NCBI GenBank assembly: GCA_047150005.1
Contig: AP038806.1
Location: 1,408,001-1,472,000, forward strand
DNA from: Nitrospira sp.
GTDB lineage: Bacteria > Nitrospirota > Nitrospiria > Nitrospirales > Nitrospiraceae
DNA: 64,000 bases
Direction: 5' to 3'
Made by a program: the position numbers and the translations under genes. This document shows positions 42,094 to 51,514 of the stretch, piece after piece; the stretch's first letter is position 1, and each line of letters opens with the position of its first letter. Under the pieces are notes generated by a model. That model did not search any database and was not told where the DNA came from. It worked only from the letters and a program-made list of their open reading frames with translations.

Positions 42094-43254
42094 TCATGCC
42101 AACTTCGACAATCGTCTGCAGACTTCCTCAATGTCGGCGTCCGTCTTGGCATAGCTGAACCGGATGAAGCGACCGCCCATCGAGCCGGAGAAAAACGCCT
42201 CGCCCGGCACTCCCGCCACGCCGACGTTCTCCAACACATACAGAGCACGGTCCTTCCCGTTTTTCCCTGGAAGCCGTGATGCGTCGGCCAACACGTAGTA
42301 GGCCCCCTTCGGTACGGATGGCGTCAATCCCGCCTGCCTCAACGCACCGCAGAATCGATCCCGTTTGCTCTGATACTCCTTCGCGAGTTCCGCATAAAAC
42401 GAAGGGGGCAGTTCGCGGATCCCGGCCGCCACCCCGACTTGAAGCGGCGTCGGTGCGCACACATAGAGCAGATCGTTCATCGCGCCGATCGTCTTCGACC
42501 ATTCAGGCGCCGCCACGACATAACCGATGCGCCAACCGGTGACACTGAATGTCTTCGAATAGCCTCCGATCGTAATGGTTCTGTCGGCCATGCCCGGCAA
42601 GGAGGCCATGCTGACGTGCGACTGTCCGTCATAGAGAAAATATTCATAGATCTCATCGGTCAGCACGAGGAGATCGTGTTTACGGGCAAGGGCGGCGATG
42701 CCTTCGAGTTCGCACTGGTCGAACACCCTGCCGGACGGGTTTCCCGGTGAGTTCACGAGAATGGCCTTGGTGTTGGGCGTGATGGCCCGCTCTACTTCCT
42801 CGAGCGAGAGTGTCCATTCCGGCGGATGCATGGAGACGACCACAGGCACCGCCTCCACGGCGAGCAACGCGCTCAAGTGATACTGGTAATACGGCTCAAA
42901 GACGACGACTTCATCCTTCGGGTTGAACAGCGCGAGACAGGCGCAGTGGAACGCACCGGTCGCCCCCGCGCTGACCGTGATCTCAACCTCGGCATCAGCC
43001 CGAACACGGTTGTCCCTCGCCAACTTGTCGGCGATGGCCTGCCGCAGTTCGGCCAGCCCGTCGAATCGGGAATATGTGTTGTTTCCGTTCCGCATCGCCC
43101 GCTCTGCCGCCTGAATGACGACGGAAGGGACCGGCGTATCACAGACCCCCTGCGCCATATTCACCCCCCCGGCCCGTACGCAGGCCTGGGTCATGGCCCG
43201 AATTTCAGAATGCCCGAGCCGGGCCAATCGTTCATTGATGACAGTCCGTCCCAC
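42094..43254 (-). CDS. Class I/II PLP-dependent aminotransferase
   Basis: NSPGNPSG, TDEIY, SKTFSVTGWRIGY. Confidence 0.95.
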   Translation of the reverse strand: MGRTVINERLARLGHSEIRAMTQACVRAGGVNMAQGVCDTPVPSVVIQAAERAMRNGNNTYSRFDGLAELRQAIADKLARDNRVRADAEVEITVSAGATGAFHCACLALFNPKDEVVVFEPYYQYHLSALLAVEAVPVVVSMHPPEWTLSLEEVERAITPNTKAILVNSPGNPSGRVFDQCELEGIAALARKHDLLVLTDEIYEYFLYDGQSHVSMASLPGMADRTITIGGYSKTFSVTGWRIGYVVAAPEWSKTIGAMNDLLYVCAPTPLQVGVAAGIRELPPSFYAELAKEYQSKRDRFCGALRQAGLTPSVPKGAYYVLADASRLPGKNGKDRALYVLENVGVAGVPGEAFFSGSMGGRFIRFSYAKTDADIEEVCRRLSKLA

Positions 43255-43516
43255 CGCAATCCTCCTGGTGATGGTTTCGTCCCTTCTGGCAGAAGGCCAC
43301 CGAAAAGGTCAAGGTGGCTCAGCAGGCCGGTGGCAGGTATCCGTTTTCGCTAGGCAGTAGGCTCGTCTGTGATACAGTGCGCTGAAAGGGGCCGTTTCAT
43401 CCCTCCTCGGAAGTACCACGCCTGGGGAAGGCCTGATGCGAACTCATCGGCTAAGCTTGGTACCAGCGGATAGATGAGCCCGAACCTCGTTCAGGTGCGA
43501 AAGGCGGCCGGCAGAC

Positions 43517-43843
43517 ATGAGCGGGAATGAGGGACAGGATCGCCGGGGACGACGTCTGAAAGTCAGCCATCGTCTGTTCTTCTTCGGAGAAGACGAGTTC
43601 GAGGGGGAGGCGACGGTCCTAGACATCTCCACCGGAGGGTGCCAGGCCACTTCCCTGACGGAGGTGAAGTGCGGCATGGTCTTCAAACTGTCGCTCTTCC
43701 TGCAGGATCAGCCCTGGCCGCTCCGCATCGACGACAGCATCGTGCGCTGGGTCAAGGACCAGACCTTCGGGCTGGAATTCTTGGGGATTCGGCCGGCCCA
43801 GCGTGAACGGTTGCGGGCGATCCTGATGAAAGCCAAAGCCTAG
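43517..43843 (+). CDS. PilZ domain protein
   Basis: RRGRR, DISTGG, VRW...FGLEF. Confidence 0.88.
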   Translation: MSGNEGQDRRGRRLKVSHRLFFFGEDEFEGEATVLDISTGGCQATSLTEVKCGMVFKLSLFLQDQPWPLRIDDSIVRWVKDQTFGLEFLGIRPAQRERLRAILMKAKA

Positions 43844-43907
43844 CCCGCCTGCGCCGACTCTTCTCCCTACGGGTGTTCCGCTCACGTTCCGCCGGCCTCA
43901 CCCTAAT

Positions 43908-44537
43908 TCACGACGCCGGACCCCACAAGGCTTCCAATCGCCGGGCGCGACCACACGTGGACTTGTAAAATTTGTACCGGATGGGATTCTTTCTGTAAAA
44001 ATCCTGGTGGTACTCCTCCGCCGAGTAAAACTCCGTTGCCTGCGCGATCTGAGTCACGATCGGCTCTTTGAATCGCTTCGACTGTTCGATCGCCCGCTTG
44101 GAATCCTCCGCCGCCCGTTTCTCTTCTTCGTTTCGATAGAAGATGGCTGCCCGGTACTGACTTCCGTGATCACAGAACTGCGCATTCGCCGTGAGAGGAT
44201 CGATGTTCCTCCAAAAGGCTTCCAGGAGCTGGTTGTAAGAGACCTTTGAAGGGTCATACTGGACTTCCACCGATTCGGCGTGGCCGGTCTGACCGGACGA
44301 CACGTCCTCATAGCTCGGATTCTTCACCGTTCCGCCCATGAATCCGGAAATGACCGCCATGACTCCGTCAACCTTCTCAAAGGCTTCTTCCATGCACCAG
44401 AAACATCCCCCTGCAAAATAGGCTTTCGCCCCCGTGGTCGGTTCCACAGTTGGACCCGCGGATACCGGAGAAATCGGCATACCAAAGGCCGTCTGCACTA
44501 CCGCCAACAGGACGAGCATCCGTAGTATGTGACGCAT
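43908..44537 (-). CDS. msrA: Peptide methionine sulfoxide reductase A (exported)
   Basis: Signal peptide, AGGCFWC, TGHAE, AEEYHQDFY. Confidence 0.95.
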   Translation of the reverse strand: MRHILRMLVLLAVVQTAFGMPISPVSAGPTVEPTTGAKAYFAGGCFWCMEEAFEKVDGVMAVISGFMGGTVKNPSYEDVSSGQTGHAESVEVQYDPSKVSYNQLLEAFWRNIDPLTANAQFCDHGSQYRAAIFYRNEEEKRAAEDSKRAIEQSKRFKEPIVTQIAQATEFYSAEEYHQDFYRKNPIRYKFYKSTCGRARRLEALWGPAS

Positions 44538-44681
44538 CAGAGAGCTCCGGGAACGATCTCGAACACCGTCAGGAAGCGCCTTATAGGTATCTACGAATTC
44601 TGTTTCGGAACGGATGTGCCGGCCGTCATCCGCGCTGACCCGGGCGGCCGCCATCACATCTGACGGAAGGCTGATCCAGAG

Positions 44682-45214
44682 TCAGAATCCCACCCAGGGT
44701 TCCGGTTCCTGCATGACCCGGCTGTCGTCTCGTTTGGCCCGTGTCAAGATGACATTGATGGCATCCTCAGGGGTCTGCACACTGGATACCAACTTGCCGC
44801 CCAGGTTCCTAAAAAATTTGTCCTCCGCCGGGGTGGCACCCAGGAGGATCACGTTCTTTCCAGCCTTGAGGGCAAGCGCAACTTCCGACACCGTTCCGGA
44901 CCCGCCCAGGCCGCATGCGACGATCACTTGGCTGGACAGCACGCAGACATTGTTCCTGGCATTGCCCATTTCGGTGATCACGGCCACGTCGACATATTTC
45001 GATATTCGATCCTTTGTCGACGGCAGCACACCGACGGTCAGGCTTCTGGCCACTTTTTTCGCTCCTTGATTCGCCGCGTGCATCACCCCGACATCACGCC
45101 CGCCGGTCAGGAGCACCCATTCTGGCGCGCGATCAGCTCTCCGAGCGCCCGAGCGTTCTCAATGTCCTTTCTCCTGGCTTTGGCCGGCCCCATGACACCG
45201 ACAATGTACCGCAC
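44682..45214 (-). pseudogene. LOG/TIGR00725-family protein with a 1-nt frameshift near 45122
   Basis: N-terminus VRYIVGVMGP...ALGELIARQ (GTG 45214) is in a different frame from EWVLLTGGRDVGVM...ARNNVCVLSS...GSGTVSEVALA. Confidence 0.8.
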
Positions 45215-45291
45215 GCCGCGCCCCCTTCACTCATTCCGCCACGAACGATTGTAGCCGGTCGCCCGATTCGTTTGCCAAGAAATACCGCGGT

Positions 45292-46944
45292 TCAGAATCT
45301 GGAGGCGGCCAACGTCACGTCGGCGTAGCTCCAGGCGGCCTGGAACCGGCGCTCCGCATCCGTCGCCTCTTCGTCCTTCTGCTGCGCCTTCAAGCTTTGT
45401 CCCAGTCCGAACAGCGCCCACCCGTTCTCCGGGAACCGCTTTAAATCCGCGCGGTAGACCAGCTCGGCTTCCGCGGGACGATGCGCCATCAGCAGGACGG
45501 TGCCGAGATACAGGCGGGTCGAGAGAGGCCACAGGGGCGGTTCCGAGTACTGCATAGCGTCTTCGATTTTGACTGCTTCCTGGAGGGCACGGACCGCCTC
45601 GTCGTAGCGCCCGTGACGCGCCGCCAGATCACCCGCGAGCAGCCGTTCGGCGATCTTGAGCTGATCCCGTTCAATCTTTTCCTGCGGCAGACGCGTCCGG
45701 CGAATCTGCTTCGTAAGCCCGGCCAAGGCATAGTGTTCCCCCGCTGCGCCGGGCAGCCGCCCGGTCGCGGACAGCGCCAAGCCGCGTCCGAGCCGCCAGA
45801 CACCTTCCATGAGGCGGAACCCACGAGGCGGAGGCGGCTCCTTGAGAAGATCCTCCCAGTGACCGAAACGGATCCAGGCGAAGAGCTTGGAGGGCAGATA
45901 TTGTTCTTTCGAGCGATCCTTGCGGGCTGCTTCCTCGGTGATCGTGGCCAGGAGCGAGCCGGAGATCTTGATCGATTCCGCGCTCCGTCCTTCCATCATC
46001 AGTGACGACCACAGAAAATGGAGGTTGTGGCTGTAGTACCCATCGGCATAGTCGCCGGCCAGGTGATGCTCGGCGAGATACGTCTCGTCGACATGCGCGG
46101 CTTGGGCGTTGCGCTCGGCCGATTCGTGATATTTTCCGACTCTCGCATAGATGTGGGCGGGCATGTGGACGAGATGGCCGGCCCCCGGCATGAGATCGGC
46201 CAGCCGGTCGGCGCAGGTGAGCGCCCGCGCAGGCTGCGGCGATGCTTCGACGGCGTGAATGTAATAATGGCAGGCGCCAGGATGGTCTGGATGCTGGGCC
46301 AGCACCGTCTCGAGTGTCGCGACGATCTCTTCCGTTCCAGGCTTGGGCTTGCCGTCCGTCGTCCACAAATCCCACGGCCGAAGATTCATCATGGCCTCGG
46401 CGAACAGGACGCCGGCATCGGGGTCGTCCGGGTAGCGCCGCCGGACGAGCCTCATCGCATCGGCATAGGCTTTGGCGAGCGAGTTCCGTCCGATTCCTTT
46501 CGTGACGACATACCGTTTGGTCAGGGCTTCGATATAGGCGCGTTCCCGTTCGCCGGCCTGATCCATTCGACTCCGGGCCTGCCTGACAGCCTCGACTGCG
46601 CGCCGCTCTTGGTCCTTCCCCATGCCGGCGTTGATATTGGGGCCCAGCGCCAGCGCCACACCCCAGTATGGCATGGCCGCCTGCGGATCTTGTTCGGACG
46701 CCTCTTCGAACGATCGGATCGCTTCCTCATGGTTGAAGGCGTAGACCAGCCGAAGTCCCTGATCGAAATACCGTTGGGCCGATTGCGACGTGGTGGAAAT
46801 CGGGTGATGCAGCGTGCCGAGGTTCTCGAAAATTGGCGCAGCGGCCTGCACCTGTGCGCAGGTCAGCAGGAGAGTGAGGGTGCCCACTGTCGGACAGAAC
46901 ATCCGGCTGCGGCGATGCCGCGAATGCGCGTTATCGGACGACAT
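45292..46944 (-). CDS. Exported TPR-repeat protein with His clusters
   Basis: Signal-like segment, FDQGL...FNHEEAIRSF, HPGACHYYIH, GHLVHMPAHIY, PENGWAL. Confidence 0.85.
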   Translation of the reverse strand: MSSDNAHSRHRRSRMFCPTVGTLTLLLTCAQVQAAAPIFENLGTLHHPISTTSQSAQRYFDQGLRLVYAFNHEEAIRSFEEASEQDPQAAMPYWGVALALGPNINAGMGKDQERRAVEAVRQARSRMDQAGERERAYIEALTKRYVVTKGIGRNSLAKAYADAMRLVRRRYPDDPDAGVLFAEAMMNLRPWDLWTTDGKPKPGTEEIVATLETVLAQHPDHPGACHYYIHAVEASPQPARALTCADRLADLMPGAGHLVHMPAHIYARVGKYHESAERNAQAAHVDETYLAEHHLAGDYADGYYSHNLHFLWSSLMMEGRSAESIKISGSLLATITEEAARKDRSKEQYLPSKLFAWIRFGHWEDLLKEPPPPRGFRLMEGVWRLGRGLALSATGRLPGAAGEHYALAGLTKQIRRTRLPQEKIERDQLKIAERLLAGDLAARHGRYDEAVRALQEAVKIEDAMQYSEPPLWPLSTRLYLGTVLLMAHRPAEAELVYRADLKRFPENGWALFGLGQSLKAQQKDEEATDAERRFQAAWSYADVTLAASRF

Positions 46945-46977
46945 GCAACGAGTTGATCGGCGGAACGCTGGTCGTGC

Positions 46978-48318
46978 TCAAAATCGCGTCACGCTCGAGA
47001 AGTTGAAATCACGGATCAGCATCGCCGGGACGAGCGACTTGCTTGTCTCGGACGTGACGGCCTCGGCCGGCTCCGTGCAGGATTCCAGTTGCGTAAAGGC
47101 CCGAAGCGGGCTCTCGTGAAACCGCAAGTTCTTGACCGGCGCCACGATTTGGCCGTCCTCCACGAGAAACGTTCCGTCCCTGGTCATCCCCGTCAGCGTC
47201 AGGTCCGAAGGATTCGCGACCCGAATATACCAGAAGTTGGTCACCAGTATGGCTCGGTCGGTCTGTTTGACGAGATCCTGAGTTTTCGCCGCCGACGGTT
47301 TGGAATCCGACAGGAACGGGGCTTCCATCGTCGGAACGACCGCGATGCCATGGCGCAGAGCGGTGAACCGGTCGTAGGACAGCTGTCTTAACGTCCCGTT
47401 GTCGACCCAGGTCGTCGTCTCGCTGGGCAGCCCTTCGGACGTGAACCCGACTCCAAGGAGATCGGCGTGATCGGGAAGATTACGGAGCGTGAGCCGCTCG
47501 TTGAAGACCGGCCGGCCGAGCTTGCCGCTAAACGGGCTGGTCCCTTTGTCGTAGTCCTTGGCATCCAAGGTCCAGAGCACCCACGACAACAACCCCGCCA
47601 CTGCGGCGGGCTCAAGAATGACCGGATACCGGCCCGGCGGCAGTTCCCTGAACTCGCGACCCCGCTTGGCTTTCCCGATCGCCGCGAGCGTGCGCTCCTG
47701 AACTCTGAGATGATCCAGCGAACGGTGCGCCGCGGCGTTCCATCCCGTCGCCTCACCTGCCTGAACCGTGACGCCGAACCGCGCCTCAGTCCGTTCCTCG
47801 AAAGCGAATAGTCCGTTGCTGGCCGCAATGCCGACGGTGGAGAGGGACGAGGAGACGATCCCGGCTGCCAGGAGATTTTCAATGCGGCATTGCCCGATCG
47901 CTTCGTTGGCATATTCGAGCCGGCGCGCCGGCCCTGCAGCGACGGTCTCCGGCCGGGCGGTGGCGCGATGCGGGAACGTCGTCTGCTCCGGGGGCGGCAG
48001 GTACTCCGGATCCTTGGGAGACAGTCTGGCGACCTGCTCGGCCCTGGCGACGAGGTTGTTGATCGCTCCGGCCGTGAAGTCGGTCGTGCTGGCCGTGCCC
48101 CGCCGGCCTTCAAGCGCGACCGTCACCGTCAAGATTCCTCGTCTCGCGTCCACGTTCTGGATGACCTGGCTGTTGGCGAACCTGGTCGTCCCGCCGTGGT
48201 GATCGTGGAGCACCACGGTCGTCGCGTCCCCCGCCGAGCGACGGAACACCAGATCGGCGAGAAAACGAAACTCCTCGCGGCCGGTCATCCGGGGCCATGA
48301 TTTACCCGTCACGTTCAC
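46978..48318 (-). CDS. TldE/PmbA-family protein
   Basis: TRFANSQVIQN, LPPGRYPVILEP, LTGMTRDGTFLVE, FNFSS; no HExxH; start approximate. Confidence 0.88.
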   Translation of the reverse strand: MNVTGKSWPRMTGREEFRFLADLVFRRSAGDATTVVLHDHHGGTTRFANSQVIQNVDARRGILTVTVALEGRRGTASTTDFTAGAINNLVARAEQVARLSPKDPEYLPPPEQTTFPHRATARPETVAAGPARRLEYANEAIGQCRIENLLAAGIVSSSLSTVGIAASNGLFAFEERTEARFGVTVQAGEATGWNAAAHRSLDHLRVQERTLAAIGKAKRGREFRELPPGRYPVILEPAAVAGLLSWVLWTLDAKDYDKGTSPFSGKLGRPVFNERLTLRNLPDHADLLGVGFTSEGLPSETTTWVDNGTLRQLSYDRFTALRHGIAVVPTMEAPFLSDSKPSAAKTQDLVKQTDRAILVTNFWYIRVANPSDLTLTGMTRDGTFLVEDGQIVAPVKNLRFHESPLRAFTQLESCTEPAEAVTSETSKSLVPAMLIRDFNFSSVTRF

Positions 48319-48326
48319 GCGCGACT

Positions 48327-49775
48327 CTATCCCTTGATGACGTCGACTTGCCGGAACCGCGCCGGCGAGGCGGCGTGCGTCATCCAGCCGGACTGGCCCG
48401 GCTGGCCCTTTCCACAAGTAATGAATCCGAATCGACGACGGTGGGTCCGATCGGCGACGCCGTCGCATCGTCCCCAGAACTCCGGCGTGATCCCATGATA
48501 GATCACATCGCGCAGCATGTGCGTACGCTTGCCGTGCTCGATCAACCAAAAGGCGTCGCCTCCGAATTGGAAGTTGTACCGCCGCTGGTCGATGCTGTAC
48601 GACCCGTGCCCTTCGATGTAGATGCCCTTCTTGATGTCGCCGATCAAGTCGTCCAAGCCGGCCGTGCCGGACTCGAGTCCGATGTTCGCAATCCGGACGA
48701 TCGGCACGCTTCCCCACCCCTCGGCCCGATTGGAGCCGCGCGAGCGCGTCTCGCCGATCTTCGACGCCGTTTCTCGATTTGTACAGTATCCGACGAACAG
48801 GCCGTCCCGCACGATGTCCCATCTCTGACAAGCGACGCCGTCGTCGTCATAACCCGTCGCCGCTAAGGTCTCCGGCTCGGTATTGTCCGCGACCAGGGAG
48901 ACGCTCGGCGAGCCGAAGCGGAAGCTCCCGCGCTTGTCGGGGGTGAGAAAGCTCGTACCGGCATAGTTCGCCTCGTAGCCCAACGCGCGATCCAGTTCGC
49001 TCGGATGACCACATGACTCATGCATGGTCAACGAAAGATGCTCGGCGTCCAGGACGAGGTCGTAGCGCCCCGGCTCTACTGCCGGGGCCCGCACCTTTTC
49101 GGCCGCCTGAGTGGCGATGCGCGGGGCTTCCGCGAGCAGTCCGGCATCTTCGATCAGCTCGTATCCGGTCCGCAAATGGGGCGTACTGAAACTGCGCGAC
49201 GCAAACCGGCCGTCGTGCCGCGCGACGGCGGTAAACTCTCCCTGCACCGCCAGGAGATCGAAATCGAGTTGCGAGCCTTCGGTCGACAAGAACAGTTTCC
49301 GGTCCCGTCGAGCCCAGAGGACAGCACGGCTTCGGACGACTTCGGCTTGGCGGTGGACGTACTCCATCACCTCGCACAGCAGGGTGGTCTTGTGTTCGAG
49401 CGGGACGCCGAACGGATCGATGCGGAAGGGAGTCTCGACGCTGGCGCGATGCACCGGTTCTTCGACCAGGACCACCTTCTCCCGAGCCAGCGAGGAAGAG
49501 CCGCGGGCGATCTCCACCGCCAGGTCGGCTACGCGCGGGACCTCTTCAAGCGACAAGACGGAACTCGCCGCGAACCCCCAGCCGCCATGATAAAGAACGC
49601 GGATGCCGAAGCCGGCATCCTCGATGTCCCGGATGGACGCAATTCGGCGATCCTCGCCCTCGAGGTGCTGGGTGAGGCTGTGCTGAACACGCACGTCGCC
49701 GTAGTCCGCCCCTGCGGCCCGGATGCGGGCCAAAGCCAATTCGGCAAGCTCCATCCAATTCGTCGTCATCGCCAT
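48327..49775 (-). CDS. tldD: TldD metalloprotease subunit
   Basis: HESCGH (HExxGH), ELDRALGYE, CGKGQP. Confidence 0.92.
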   Translation of the reverse strand: MAMTTNWMELAELALARIRAAGADYGDVRVQHSLTQHLEGEDRRIASIRDIEDAGFGIRVLYHGGWGFAASSVLSLEEVPRVADLAVEIARGSSSLAREKVVLVEEPVHRASVETPFRIDPFGVPLEHKTTLLCEVMEYVHRQAEVVRSRAVLWARRDRKLFLSTEGSQLDFDLLAVQGEFTAVARHDGRFASRSFSTPHLRTGYELIEDAGLLAEAPRIATQAAEKVRAPAVEPGRYDLVLDAEHLSLTMHESCGHPSELDRALGYEANYAGTSFLTPDKRGSFRFGSPSVSLVADNTEPETLAATGYDDDGVACQRWDIVRDGLFVGYCTNRETASKIGETRSRGSNRAEGWGSVPIVRIANIGLESGTAGLDDLIGDIKKGIYIEGHGSYSIDQRRYNFQFGGDAFWLIEHGKRTHMLRDVIYHGITPEFWGRCDGVADRTHRRRFGFITCGKGQPGQSGWMTHAASPARFRQVDVIKG

Positions 49776-49847
49776 GAGCACACCAGACCGTTCCGACGCC
49801 CAGTATACCAGGAGACGGGCCCGTTCGGCCGCGAGGAATGTGACGAC

Positions 49848-51386
49848 TTAGATGCCGGTGCCGGTGCGCGTAGCTTCGACAAACCGCTCGGTCGATTCGT
49901 CGAGGGCGCGCCCTTTCCGACCTTTCGGCGGCAAGATGTACAGAAGCGTCGAGTTCCCCGGCGCAGCCCCCGGCAGGGACATTTCGTAGGACACCGGGCG
50001 CTGATGGTCGGCCATCTGCAGTCTGGGGTCATAGACGCTGTTAAACTTCCACAGCATTTTCACGAAATTCGTCTGACCCCGCAGCAGATGTCCGGCCGCA
50101 AGTTTCGCCGTGGATTTGAGCGCCGTCCAACCCAGATGCTTCTTGTTGAGCACCTGTTGGGTCTTGACCAACTCGTCGTAGAACTCCGGAAGCGGCAGCC
50201 TGGTCGGCAGCACCGCGTGCTGAATGTCGAAGAGGCGATAATCGCGCGTCTTGAACTTGCGAGACTCGGTGTGCCAGCTCTCGGTGCCGGGATATGGGGT
50301 ATTGACGCTGATGTTCACGATTTCGGGGATCTCCAAACACCATTGCCGAATCACTTCGAACCGTTTCCGATCCCAGTCGGGATCGGCGATCAGATTGATG
50401 GCCACGGTGATGCCGAGGGACCGGGCGAATTCCAACGCCTCGAAATTGCGTCCCAAGGAAATGCGTTTCCGGTGCATCCGGAGGCCTTCCTCGTCGATCG
50501 CCTCCACCCCCAGAAACATGTATTGCAGGCCCAGCGTCTTCCAGAACTTGAAGACGTCCTTGTTGCGCAGCAAGACGTCGCCGCGCGTTTCGAGATAATA
50601 CTGTTTCTTGATCCCCCGACGCGCGATCGCCTCGCCGATTTCGAATCCCTGCTTCGCTTGAATGAACGCCACGTCGTCGACCAGAAAAATCCCCGGCTCG
50701 TCCACCCTCGAAAGATCCTCGATTGCCTTTTCGGGACTGACCGTCCGGTAGCTGCGGCCGTAAAACGTCCAGGCGCTGCAGAAGGAACAATCCCAGGGAC
50801 ACCCGCGCGCAAACTCGATTGAGGCGCAGGGGTCCAGCACGCCGATCAAATACTTCCGCCGGTGGCGGACTAGGTCCCGTGCCGGACGCAAGTCGTCCAG
50901 ACTGTCCACGAACCGCGGAGGCGGACCCTCGCCGTCGAGGGTCACCGCCCCGGGAACGGTCGCCACGGCGGTCCGGTCATGCTCCACCGCCTGCAGCAAC
51001 AGAGGAACCGAGACTTCACCTGCCCCCTTGAGCACACAATCGATCGCCCCTTCGGCATGCCGGAGCAGATCACGCGCCACGAACGAGGCGCTGTGGCCGC
51101 CGACGAACACAAACGTGTTCGGCGCCTGTTGCTTGGTCGATTTAGCGAGGTCCACAATCTCCGGCACGTTCGCCAAGTAATTGCATGAAAAAGCGACCGC
51201 ATCAGGTTTCCAGGTTCGCACGAGCGCAAAATAGTCCTTCCATGTTTCCACCTGCAGATCGATCAGCCGAACCGCGTGCCCCATCTGACGAACGGCTTGG
51301 GCAACCAGCTCAAGCCCCAACGGCTCCAGTCGCAGGTAAATTTTCGTGTACATGAGAGGACCAGGATGAACGGCGAGAAATTTCAT
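49848..51386 (-). CDS. hpnR: Hopanoid C-3 methylase (B12-binding radical SAM)
   Basis: MKFLAVHPGPLMYTKIYLRLEPLGLELVA N-terminus, B12 domain VGGHSASF, CPWDCSFC, TPYPGTE. Confidence 0.85.
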   Translation of the reverse strand: MKFLAVHPGPLMYTKIYLRLEPLGLELVAQAVRQMGHAVRLIDLQVETWKDYFALVRTWKPDAVAFSCNYLANVPEIVDLAKSTKQQAPNTFVFVGGHSASFVARDLLRHAEGAIDCVLKGAGEVSVPLLLQAVEHDRTAVATVPGAVTLDGEGPPPRFVDSLDDLRPARDLVRHRRKYLIGVLDPCASIEFARGCPWDCSFCSAWTFYGRSYRTVSPEKAIEDLSRVDEPGIFLVDDVAFIQAKQGFEIGEAIARRGIKKQYYLETRGDVLLRNKDVFKFWKTLGLQYMFLGVEAIDEEGLRMHRKRISLGRNFEALEFARSLGITVAINLIADPDWDRKRFEVIRQWCLEIPEIVNISVNTPYPGTESWHTESRKFKTRDYRLFDIQHAVLPTRLPLPEFYDELVKTQQVLNKKHLGWTALKSTAKLAAGHLLRGQTNFVKMLWKFNSVYDPRLQMADHQRPVSYEMSLPGAAPGNSTLLYILPPKGRKGRALDESTERFVEATRTGTGI

Positions 51387-51514
51387 ACCGGCAGACCGCG
51401 AAGCGGGAAAGACTTGTCGCTCCAAAGCTTACGTCCCGGCAAATTCTGACAGAATCGAGAGAGCTCCTTCAACCAAGAAACCGAACCCGCGCCGCGTGGC
51501 CACAAGGGCTTCTC

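Noticed and set aside
51387..51514. Cobalamin riboswitch upstream of hpnR
   Set aside because: No B12-box or GGGAA/GCCACTG elements, and the region is too short.
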